DNA of 53,342 nt, counting the filler, from Basidiobolus ranarum (Eukaryota), in the NCBI GenBank assembly GCA_040143965.1. It is 2 parts of 2 records of this genome, joined end to end, with 100 filler letters (N's around TTAATTAATTAA, not from the genome) between each part and the next. Parts side by side here need not be neighbours in the genome. Positions count along the whole stretch, not along the records: positions 1 to 26,781 come from JASJQH010007005.1; positions 26,882 to 53,342 come from JASJQH010007006.1. One strand, 5' to 3'. The position numbers were made by a program, and so were the translations under genes. Below, one piece after another: positions 24,538 through 35,873 of this stretch. A model generated the notes under the pieces. The model did no database searches. It saw nothing but the letters and a program-made list of their open reading frames with translations, and had not been told where the DNA came from. Positions within the stretch are counted from its first letter, which is position 1. Each line of letters begins with the position of its first letter.

Positions 24538-24886
24538 ACGCACTAACCATTAACTTGGTAGTTGTAACCCCATATTTTTCCATTTTATAATTAGTAGATT
24601 TGAACTGATTCGTAGAGAAGCTAGAGTTTACTAATTTTTCATCAATTATCAGAAACTTGATCATTGTTGTAAAGTTTGATTTAACTATTGGTTGATGAGC
24701 CGCTATAGATGTTTACTACGCACAATAAGGAAATATTCCCATCTAACTGCTTGCCTTTTGTTTTGATTAATTTGATTTTTCTTATTTTCTCCAAGTTTGT
24801 TACTAGTCAAGGCTTTCGTACTTTCTCAGGTTGACTTTGTACTTTCTCTTTGAAAACCATTCTAAACACAAAGTAGAACCATTCTA

Positions 24887-26383
24887 ATGTCAAACCTGCC
24901 AGCCTTGGAAGCTCTTAACAAGCCAAGAAATGTCACGCATCAGCTGTATAAGCTTCACGAAATGATGGAAAACAATCTAATTGATCTATGTAAGTACTAA
25001 AATCTCGTTGACCAAGAACTTTATCGCTAAAATATTGTTAAAAGGTCCCGAGTTTCAACGTGATGTTGTTTGGCCGGAAAAACGTATGAGTTATCTGATT
25101 GATTCCATCCTCAAGAATTTCTACGTTCCACCCGTCATCTTCTCTTGTAAACGCTTACCTGACGGTAGACTTCTTAAAGTATGCATTGACGGAAAACAAC
25201 GTCTATCCTCAATCAGAAGGTAAGGAAGTTTTTACTATTTCTCAAGTGTAACTAGTTTCTAATCTATGAATAGGTTCATGAACAATGAAATTCCTCATAT
25301 TGACCCAAATACCCCTAATACAGTTAAGCGTTGGTTTAACGAAGACCCTACTTCTAGCAGAAGAAATGTATTAACCGAGCGCGAGCGTGAAGATTTCCGT
25401 TATTCTGAGCTTATCTGTGTTGAATACTATGGTCTAACCATGGAGCAAGAAGTATAACCAATTGATAACGATAATTTATTGAACTTTACTAACATTTCGT
25501 TTAGAATGAGATTTTCTCAAGAGTACAGATGGGAGTTGCCCTAACCGCAGCCGAAAAGCTTCAAGCAGTTGCTACACCCTTGGCTCAATTTGTTCGCACT
25601 GTTCTTGACGAGTATCCTCGTGTATTGGAGATCATGGACAACCGACGCGCTCGCCCCTATTTACTCGCAGCACAAACTATACATATGATTTATTATGAGC
25701 CCATGAAAATGCAATCTAGCTCCACTAATATTGAGAAATTTCTCAGGACTAATATCACCATTGACCCAGAATTTCGAGCTAGATGTATCGAAACTTTCAA
25801 GAAGTACAGTCAGCTTGTAGAAGATTCTCAAGATATATTTTTCGTACCTACCATTATGGCACCGATCGAGTTCGTCATGTTCGGCTATATCATTGCTCGC
25901 TATCCCGAAAGAACCATTGAACAACTGAAGAACGATCTTCTCCAAATGCGTAAACATGTTCGCAGTCAGTTCATTGATATTCGTTTTAATACTGTAACAT
26001 ACAATCACATGATGGAATTTGTCCTTAATATCGATAATTATGACTACGATCAAGTCCATTTGACTAGTAGAAAGCATCGTTTGCCAATTCATCTGAAAAA
26101 TCGAGTTCAGCCAGCCAAACGCTCCAGCGATGCCATTGAAACGGAGCCAAGGAGCCCTCCACAACAGCCCCGCAAAAAACAAACTGCAGTACGTACACCC
26201 GGTCGAGTTGCTCCCCCTGAGGACTCTGTTGTTGTTAAGCGTGAGCCCGAGAAGGACTCTTCGGACGATGATGTTTACATTATCAAAGATGAACCTGAGG
26301 ACGACCAATCCCATCAAGTGGTAAATCCTCCTCAGAAGTTATACTCAGTTGGGAGTGCACCCAATAGAAACACACGCCGTTGA
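24887..26383 (+). CDS. DUF262 (GmrSD N-terminal, ParB/Srx-like) domain protein, 4 exons
   Basis: LIDL-CPEFQRDVVW...LIDSILKNFYVPPVIF...CIDGKQRLSSI...EIFSRVQMGVALTAAEK; helical middle region and low-complexity tail. Confidence 0.85.
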
Positions 26384-26656
26384 TTGCAAGTATCTATTTA
26401 AAGACCAACCACAAATACTAGTTCATGCACATGACCAGATGAACCCTACAAAACTGATCCCTTCTTTTGTAATCTCATTTCAATCAATTTCTTGTACCAT
26501 TTTTATTCATTGTTCCAATGATCACTAAAAATCCCATCTTAATGTATTCTTCATCTTGAGTCTTATTGATATTGTTGAAATGTAAAAAAATTCACCAAGA
26601 TTCAGTTGATTGTAAGTACTTTGGATGAATTGAATGACTCACTTTAACAGATTATG

Positions 26657-26775
26657 AAGTATTTTGGGAATCTGTTGGAAGTGGTTTGGAGAACTAGAAG
26701 AATTGATGGTTCTCACTTATTGATTTATTGAGTAGAATGTTGGCATTTATGGTTTTGTCAAGAAATAAACAAACA
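26657..26775 (+). repeat. Dispersed repeat copy A (probable transposon remnant), abutting the assembly gap
   Basis: Matches the reverse complement of 53145-53262 (CTGTTGGAAGTGGTTTGGAGAA; TCACTTATTGATTTATTGAGTAGAA; GTTTTGTCAAGA). Confidence 0.85.
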
Positions 26776-26781
26776 TGTGGA

Positions 26782-26881
26782 NNNNNNNNNNNNNNNNNNN
26801 NNNNNNNNNNNNNNNNNNNNNNNNNTTAATTAATTAANNNNNNNNNNNNNNNNNNNNNNNNNNNNNNNNNNNNNNNNNNNN
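26782..26881. other. Artificial contig-join spacer (44 N + TTAATTAATTAA + 44 N)
   Basis: Exactly 100 nt, with a palindromic six-frame-stop linker in the centre. Confidence 0.95.
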
Positions 26882-26883
26882 CA

Positions 26884-27912
26884 ATGCAAGAAGAAATCCC
26901 TTCTCGAAAAAAATACAGAGCTGGAAGAAGAGTAAGGGCTGTGAAAGTTTACACGGTCAATCAAGAATCAAGGTACTTCTCACCTCGAAATGTAGTAACT
27001 CATTTATTAGGAGAAATTTAACCGTTTATCGAGTAGATACATATTGATAGAACGAGTTCCTGCGCTTGGAAACACCAAAGAATTGTTGGATCTTTTTTCA
27101 CTCTATGGGCCTATCGAGCAGTACGTAATATATAATATCGGAAATCAATTGCCAAGCTCTCTTTTTTTTATTCATCTCTCCTGTTAACGTAGATATCGTA
27201 TACTTGACGATTATCCTTCCGAAGAGTATTATGATGTGTATTGGATAAAATATTGTTCGCTCGTAGATTCTAGGTATTCTATTGTTAAAGTTGTCAACTA
27301 CCCTAAGTCACACTCATTTCTAAGTTTGGTTTAGAACTGCTAAACGTAAATTAGATGATTACGTTTTCTTTGGCACACCATTACAGATTCGATATTGTCC
27401 AGAATATGAAACGGTAGAGGATACAAGGGAGAAATTATTGGACCGTAGAAAGATTGTTGCTCAGAAAACACAAAGTACTTTCGAGAATTCTTTTCCATTC
27501 AAAATATCAACTAGAAGTGATGTTCCTAATTTTTATGCTATATCTCCATAGCCCCGGATCCTCTCTTTGATCATGCGATTACTGAGAGAAATCCCTACCC
27601 AGAAGCAGCCAGTACAACATTCGACTCTGGCCAAAGGTAGGATTCCTCTAAATTACTGATTTTAATTACTCTACTCAACCTGTATGACTACAGTTACGAA
27701 CCATCGACAAAGCAACCTCCGAGAGTAGATGTAAGGGTGGTTTATTTCTAGAAATTAGTTGTACTAGTTTATTGATGAACGTTTCATCTTATAACCAATA
27801 GCACATGACTCAATCGATCTTGAATATTCGAGAGAAACTAAAGCAAGCCAGCAAACCTGGGCCATTGCAAAACTCTTCTCGCAGTGAGCCAAAAAAGAGA
27901 AGACGAATTTGA
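26884..27912 (+). CDS. RBM48: RNA-binding protein 48 (minor-spliceosome RRM protein), 7 exons; not in ORF track
   Basis: Spliced YRAGRRVRAVKVYTVNQESR|YILIERVPALG..ELLDLFSLYGPIEQ|YRILDDYPSEEYYDVYWIKY...|AKRKLDDYVFFGTPLQIRYCPEYETVEDTREKL; C-terminus KKRRRI-TGA. Confidence 0.9.
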
Positions 27913-28279
27913 TTTACCCATTGCTCCCTTGTAGAATTATTAAATATAGAAGAACGATTTATAGATAGATTTGTGTATTTTACTAATGGAAGTGTCAGGT
28001 TAGGGTTAGGGTTGGGCTATAAATATCAATAGTATTGTAGATTCAACTTTACCTTATATTGTAATAAATCTTTCCCACAGTCATCATCATTCTTACATGT
28101 GTAAGATTTTAATTAAAGCTTGTCACCTGTAAAATATCCAAAAATTAACCCAAGCCACATTTACCACAGCCCGGCTGTCTCCGTTAATAAGTAGGACTAA
28201 CTAGCTAAATAACTATGACATAATTTAGTACTTCAAGAAAAATCTATTCTACCAACCACACCAAAAGTACCGCTAACAA

Positions 28280-29277
28280 ATGGACATTCACCACTCGATT
28301 TCAAAGCTAGAGAATTATGGTTCTTGTGAGGTATGAGAGATGAATGTACGTAGCACATTTCTGTATATTCACCAAGAGGGTTGTCTAGGTTGCAGACGCA
28401 CTTACCAAACTCAATATCGCCTGCTTTTTACCAGACTTGTGTTTGTATTCACCTGAATATGTGAGTGGTGATACTAAACTTATTGGCCCAGCATATACCG
28501 TACAGGTAAGGAATTAGAGTTTGCGTTCCATTTGAACCAGTGTACAAATAGAAAGAACGCTAATGTTACACCTTCTCAAAACATTTAGATGGTCTCAGTC
28601 AAAGACCCTAATGCGCCTCCTACTCCAAGTGACCATTTCGTAGATAAAATTCGAAATATTGCATATTTATTGTTTCTTCACTACTAAAATAGGGCTCTAT
28701 ATTAGGTAGATACTGCACCTGAAGGAAGCGTAGTGGTTATCAGTACACCAGCCAGTAACAAGCATTCTTTGTATTCGGGGGAAATGAAGCACACTAAAGA
28801 ATTTTCATTTGTTAGATTCGATTAACGCAGTATGGGGAGGACTTATGACCGCGCGTGCCAAACATCTGGGTGTAAAGGGAGTGATCATTGACGGAAGATT
28901 TCGAGACTTGGAGGAGCAACGGGAGATGGAGTTTCCGGTAAGTCAATGGATGATTCATCACATCTCATAGTAAGTAATATATCATTAAATTGGGATAGAT
29001 TTTCGCTCGTGGACTCTCATGCCTAGGAGCTGGAGGCTTCACCCGATGTGGAGGAGTGAGAGAATCCATTCAAATCGGAACTGGAGAAGCAACTGTAACT
29101 GTTCACTCCTCAGATATCATCGTTGCCGATCTAAACGGGGTGGTGGTAATCCCCTTGGAGAAGTTGGAGGAAGTAATTGAAATCTGTGCAGTCTCTTCCA
29201 TCGTTGATGCCAAATGTATGACCGACCTCAAGGCCGGAAAAGATATCAAATCCACCTTTAAGTTACATCGTGGCTAG
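28280..29277 (+). CDS. RraA-like / HMG aldolase (YER010C/DlpA-like), 6 exons
   Basis: SCE|VADAL...IGPAYTVQ...AVWGGLMTARAKHLGVKGVIIDGRFRDLEE...DIIVADLNGVVVIP. Confidence 0.88.
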
Positions 29278-29490
29278 TCACATATTTGCGATAGATTTCG
29301 AAAACAATCCAATGGTTTTTTTTGTTTATATTCTAGCAAACTAACCCTCAAATTCCACCTAGTTTCAATATGATTCATCAAATAAATGAGCTTCCAAAAA
29401 TGGCAGTAAAAATACAATTGAGTATTAAAATCATTCATCATCTAGTGTTTGTGTTTCTCGAGCTGTGGGTTATTTTCTACTGTGAATACC

Positions 29491-32400
29491 ATGTCAGCTG
29501 TAAATGTTGAACAAGTCATTCGGGTCATACAAACCCTCTTTGGTAATACTGATGCCGCCTCTAAAGCAGAAGCAAACTTATGGCTTCAACAAATCCAGAA
29601 AACGGTAGGCCTTTGTTAGTGGATGTTTCGTTTCCATCCTTAGACCTTACTTAGAGTCTACTTTTTTAGCCTGAAGCTTGGTCCCTTACAACGGAAATTC
29701 TTGGAGATCAAAGCATCGGCGTCGAAGTACACACTTTCAGTGCACAAATGCTGAGGAATAAAGTAATTGTTACTGTCACCCCCCCCCAATTTAAACTTCC
29801 ATTGTTCTCATATATCTTTGACTTTACACAGGTAGTAGCAGATTTAGGAGAATTGGACACTTCAAAACGCTTCGAACTCCGGGATACTTTGATGAACCTA
29901 CTTTACAAATATCGTGCTGGGCCAAATCTTGTCAAAACACAGTTATGCTTGTCACTTGTAGGCTTAGCTCTCCAATTAAAAGAGTGGGAGGACCCGGTCA
30001 ACCAGCTCATACAAATGCTTGGTAGCTCTCAGGAGACTGCTGGGTGTTTGCTCGAATTCTTGACTGTACTTCCAGAAGAAATTAATGGAAATCAAAAAGT
30101 TCCTATATCAGTAAGTAGCTCTTACTCCCCTTTAAGATGGCCCATAAATTGAAGATTTGGAAATTGTTTAGCGAGATGAATATATCGAACGGTCCGGTCA
30201 ACTGTTGACTGGAAATTCAGAAAATGTGCTTCAACTTTTGATTTCGAGCATTCAAAATTCAGGTAATGCTTTCCCCAACTGCTATCAATTGTTGACCAAC
30301 TAACGACAATGATTATGTTCCAATCCAAAGGGTCTGATAGTGATATCCAGGTAAAACTTTTTGCATGCCTTCGCAGTTGGCTACAATCTGGGGACATACC
30401 GGTATCCTACTTCAATGACAGTCCACTTCCAGATCTGGTGTTCGAGGCGCTGGAATCGGAAGAGCTCTTCGATATTGCCGTGGATGTTATTTGTGAAATC
30501 ATTGACGAGTCGAGAGAGACGGAAGAATGCATCCCTCTCATCGGCCGTCTCCGAACCAAATTTAAGCCTCTCAAGGAGATGATGAAGCAGACCGACATCG
30601 ATGATCGTGACCGACTTAAAGCCTTTTGTCGTATATTTACTGAGGCTGGTGAAGCTTATTTGGAACTTATAGTAGAGAATTTGGAGAAGTTTAGAGACAT
30701 CGTGGATGGGATCCTTGAATGTGTCAATCTCCCCGACTTGGATACAGTCCCTATGACATTTTATTTCTGGTGTTCTCTGGCCTCTCGCCTACAGCAAATC
30801 AGTGATCCTGAAACAATGAAGTATTTCCGAGATATTTTCTATTCCCTTGTCGATATAATTATCAAGCAATTGCACTATCCCTATGATCTTGAGAGCTGGT
30901 CGGCCGAGGATCGGGAAGACTTCTTGAGCTTCCGTGAAGAGATCGGTGACGTTCTCCTTGACTGTTGCCATCTTTTGGGGGCCGAGAGAAGCTTAGCACG
31001 GCCATATTCTTTGCTTTCAAACTACGTCTCCAATCCTGAGCAAATCCAACATACCCAATGGCAAGACATCGAAGCACCCCTAGTAGCTTTAAGGTCCATG
31101 GCCATACAGGTCGAGGAAACCGAAGATGTTATTGTACCCAAGGTCATGAAGCTTATACCTCACCTTCCTCCACATCCCAAAGTACGTGTAGCCTCTATTA
31201 TGGTGATAGCCCACTTCTCATCATGGACTGCAAATCATCCAGAATTCATCCCGTCTCAGCTGGACTATATTTCTGCTGGTTTCGAGCATTCCGAGACTGC
31301 CTCCGCCGCCGCAGTAGCATTGAACTATTTGTGTAAAGATTGTAGTCGCGTTAGTATTCATCTTCTTGATTGATCGACTGTCGTATGTGTTGCTAAACAA
31401 CCCTGTCTCTCTTCATAGCATCTTATCGACTACCTCTCCCAACTACATCCGTTCTACATCGCTGCTGCGAAAAGTCTTACGCAGAAGGAGATGCTAGAAA
31501 TCACAGAAGCTCTTGCACATGTCATATCCGCTGTTCCTTTAAATAACATCTTGCCAGTTGTACAGACCTTTTGCTTCCCGATTTCCGAAGCCTTGAACGA
31601 GCTGCTTAACAAGGGTGCCATCATCTCAGAAGAGCAAATCACTCAAATATCAGGTAAATGTTTCTTGATCTCGAATTTAAGCTTGTATAACTTAACCTTC
31701 TTGTGAGTTTAGATCTGGTGGAACGGATCGGTGTCTTCCTTGAATTTATCGCTCCCGAGGAGTTATATTTTGGTGAGAGAAGCCCAGTAGCCAATCTAAT
31801 TCCCGATCTATGGCCTCTTTTCGAGAGACTATTGGTAACATTTGGCGATAATGCCATTATATCCGAGTCGATTTGTGTGTGTCTTAAGCCTTGCCTGGTC
31901 TACTATCGACAAGATTTCGTACCGCTCCTTCCCCTAAGTCTTGAACGTATTGCTTCGGCGTTCCAAGCGGGTGGGCTTAGCTGCTACTTGAGGATATCCA
32001 AGATCATCGTTGAAGAGTACGCTAAAAATGTTCCAGAGAGTAGAGCTTCACTGTTTCTCTTGGTTGAAAACTTGAGTAAATCCATGTTCGAAATCATCCG
32101 AAACAAGAGCTTTACCGACATTCCCGATGGTTAGATTTCCTTCACTCACATCTATTCATATCCAGTCAGTCACTAATTTCTTTATTGTGGGTGATGCAGT
32201 GGCAGAAGAATACTTTCAACTGATTACAACCTCCCTCTCGGAGTTACCTGAGATGCTGTTGAAAGCACCCTTGCTATCGCCCATTATTCAATGTGGTATT
32301 GCGGCCTTTGGAAGTGATTACCATCGAGTATTGACATCGGTTTTGGAATTCTTTGGCAAACTCTTGAATTTCATGAAAACTCACCAAACAAACCCCGATA

Positions 32401-32808
32401 CCGTTGGTCTTGCACTCAAATCTATGAACGAATTAGGCGCAGATTTTGTTAAATATTTATTGATTGGATTGACGCAATCTTTCTCGCTAGACCTTGTAAG
32501 TGATGTAGGGAGTATCTTGAGCGTTCTTGGGGAAATCTACCCAGAAGAAAATCAAAAGTGGATGTTTGCCACTATCCATCAGTTCCCACCAGAAACGTTG
32601 ACCACCCAAGAGCGAGACACATTCCTCACAGAATACCACAAGTAAGTAACCTTCTCTTTGCATGCCACTGTGGTGTTTTACTCATAATGTTGAATCGACT
32701 AGTGCCATTCAAAATCAGCATCAAAGAAGACTGGCCATTTTACTGGATGAGTTTGCCACACAATATCGTCGTAAGAACTTCGCCTTACATAATGGCCGAA
32801 ATGATTAA
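29491..32808 (+). CDS. MTR10: Importin-beta family transportin-3 / Mtr10, 9 exons
   Basis: EANLWLQQIQKT|PEAW, FSAQMLRNK, TQLCLSL..LALQ, LLEFLTVLPEE, CRIFTEAGE, WQDIEAPL..LRSMA HEAT repeats; TAA at 32806-32808. Confidence 0.88.
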
Positions 32809-33272
32809 TGACATTCAAGTGAACTTATAAATATCCCTCTTTACGTGACTTCAAGCCTCATTTCTTATCTAGAAAACTTACTTATTACTTGTTTAATGAA
32901 TCACATAAATTGTTTCCTCTCTTTAATCAAATCTGACCCCATCCTTGCAATGATCATTTCTTTGTTCTACTTACAATCATGGAAGTATGCCTCATTGATT
33001 TGGACTCGGCGTATAATGTTGATTGGTGAGAAGGGTGTGGTTGAGTATAAATTAATAGCACTAAAAAAAGCATCAACAAAAGCACGTGATCACCGCATTA
33101 TGATCTAATGAATCCAAGATATATGCACAAACTGAATCTAAATCATCAACGAAACAGAGAATGATTAAGAAACTAAAAAAAAAAGCAAAGTATTATTTTT
33201 TTTTTCTGAAGAATACATTAAAATCCCAGATGAGTCAAGGGACCTTTTCTGATTGTTGATTAATTACTAACA

Positions 33273-34294
33273 ATGGACCAAGACCAAAGAGAAGTCGCTA
33301 AACTATGGAGGGTTTACAGAACCATTCACCAATTGGCTCATGATAGAGTAAATATATTGACTTTTCAACGAATTCTTACTTGTTCAAGTGGCTGACTTGT
33401 ATGTATGGTACGTAGGGATATTTGGTGAGTCAGGCCGAGTTAGACATGGATCTGGAACAGTTCAAAAACATGTACGCTAGAGCTGGTATGGTAGAGTGAG
33501 TAGTGAAAATAATTTTCAAACCAACTGGGAAACCCTTCTTTCATAGAATCTCATCTTATTTAACCTCCTAGTCGAAATTCTCTTACTTTCTTGGTTCAAA
33601 AGAAAGACGATCCTTCCGACCAATTACTCGTGTTTTTCCCAGAAGAGAAATCAGTGGGTGTGAAACCTATCAGAAAGTACGTCAAGTGAAGCTTTATCTC
33701 TTTTTTATCTGATCTTTTACTTATCTTGTTTTGATAGATACTGTGAAAGAATGGTCACTCAGGGTATTCCTAAAGGTGTCATTGTTTACCAAGGTACCAT
33801 GACTTCTTCAGCCAACAAGGTAGCCATCATAACTTAGCCATACTGTTTGTGGGAAATGTTGACTAAAACTCCTACTTTAGGTCATCGATCAAATGTCAGC
33901 CAAATATAACTTGGAATCTTTCCATGAGAGTGAGTTGTTGGTGAATATCACTGAACATCAGCTCGTTCCTATCCACGTCGTCTTGGCACCTGAAGAAAAA
34001 CGTACATTGTTACAAAGATAGTATCCTTTTTGAAGTTGAATGCATGATATTCTCACCCGTATTTCACGCGTGTATCCTTAACTAAGAACTAGTCGTTTAA
34101 AGGAAACTCAGCTCCCACGTATTCAGCCATCAGACCCTGTTGCCAGATACTATGGCCTTAAGAGAGGACAGGTGGGTGTTTAGTTTGTCTTATCAGTGGT
34201 ATCCCATATCACTAACATCTCTTTATAGGTGGTGAAAATCATTCGTCCTAGTGAAACTGCTGGAAGATATCTGACTTATAGACTTTGCTTGTAG
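33273..34294 (+). CDS. RPB5: RNA polymerases I/II/III shared subunit RPB5, 7 exons; not in ORF track
   Basis: [29 protein letters not shown]...[77 protein letters not shown]. Confidence 0.96.
34021..34092 (+). other. U12-type (minor) GT-AG intron in RPB5
   Basis: Donor GTATCCTTTT; branch TCCTTAAC at 34075-34082, 10 nt before the AG; no polypyrimidine tract; removal restores [16 protein letters not shown]. Confidence 0.93.
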
Positions 34295-34623
34295 AATCTT
34301 CAGACTATTTCAATCTATTGTAACGAACCTTAGCGAACCTTAGAAATGTATAAACATTATTTCCATCACTTTCCACTTCCCTCTCACCCTCACCCCCCCT
34401 CCCTCCTTTAATCATCTTTGACCCGAAAAGTTGGTTATTTCTATCCGAAAATCCATACAAATTACCCTACAATAAATCAGAGTGATTAAAGAATTGATCT
34501 AGTCAAGAATTTTCCGAGATTTCAAGCAAGAAAAGACAAGAAAAAAAATGTTGAAGATCAATAATAATATATGGATGAATGAAAGTAAGCAAATACGTTG
34601 GTTTCTTTCTCCCATTATATAGG

Positions 34624-35277
34624 ATGTCAGTTGAAGCTAGATTAGAAGCTGAATCGGTTACCTTTCAAAATTTACAAAAAGGTTGGTTCGTTGAAAGAGA
34701 TTGCTTGTTTATTTGAAATATATTGGAACTTTATGGTTATTATTATTGTAGAATTTACAAAGGTTGTGGAATCACGTCAAAGACTTGACTCACAGTTACA
34801 AGAGAATGAAATCGTCGCTAAGGTAGCTACATTACTTATTTATACCATATTATTGGTTGTATCCTAAAATTCTCTTTTGAATATTAGGAATTTAAAGTCT
34901 TGAAGGAGGATGCCAACATTTTTAAACTCATCGGACCTGTCCTCGTAAAGCAAGAGAAGGTTGAAGCAACCACTAATGTCGAGAAACGTATTGAATTTAT
35001 TAAAGCCGAAATGTAAGAAAGATTTATTTAAGATATATTGTATGCTTATATACATCTAACTATCCTTCCCGGTATTCTTTCTCAGTCAACGTCTTGAAGG
35101 ACAGATTAAAGATTTAAGTGAAAAGCAAGAGAAGAAGAGAACTGAGGTTCGTTCAACGATTTATTGTGATTTTGATAACCATTTCATTGGAATGCTCAAC
35201 GCTTTTTATATGCTTATCCTTAGATCGTTAAACTTCAAACTCTGTATCAAGAACAAATGCAAAAGCAACAGGCTTAA
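34624..35277 (+). CDS. YKE2: Prefoldin subunit 6, 5 exons; not in ORF track
   Basis: MSVEARLEAES..FQNLQK|EFTKVVESRQRLDSQLQENEIVAK|EFKVLKEDANIFKLIGPVLVKQEKVEATTNVEKRIEFIKAEI. Confidence 0.93.
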
Positions 35278-35873
35278 GCAGTAGCTCATTTTCACCATCG
35301 TTACTTTGCTTTCATAATAAATAATATTGCCCCCCTTGTACTTTGCTATATCCAAGAAATGCGCTGTAGACTACAGATATGGTCACCAAACACACTATTG
35401 TATTGCATACATATTATGGATTAAAAGTAGGAGGAATTTATTCATACGATGACAAAATTAGCCCAAGCCTCAGCCCAACCCCCAATTACCTAGATAAGCG
35501 CAGGAGAGTACAAGACAGCACATAAAAACACCATGATACGAATGAGGTCAACTGTGAGTAATAATTTGTATATGATAAACGGGTAGTTACTTATACATAA
35601 AGATAAACTCAGGTGTGTTATGTTAAAGTGAAAGTAAGAAAAGTGGTGGAAATTTTGGTGATTGGTGATTGGAAATTATTAACAGAATAAAATGAAAATC
35701 TATGAGAACTGAATACTTTTATACAATTATTTTCATGACGTTGAAAATACCGTTTTCTAGCGTGTGCGATTACTACCAAATATCAAAGCCCGCGCGGAGT
35801 TCAAGTGTACAAAACCAGTCAGATCAACTGAGTTCCGGAACTACTGACTTGTGATGGTACATTGTTAAGACTT

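Noticed and set aside
26826-26837. Palindrome TTAATTAATTAA inside the N run
   Set aside because: Artificial six-frame-stop linker; adjacency of the flanks (DUF262 next to RBM48) is not biological evidence.
34859-34866. GTATCCTA inside prefoldin-6 intron 2; similar GTATCCT hits at 9178, 43798 and ~52490
   Set aside because: Internal to a U2 intron, antisense, or within coding sequence; not at an exon boundary.
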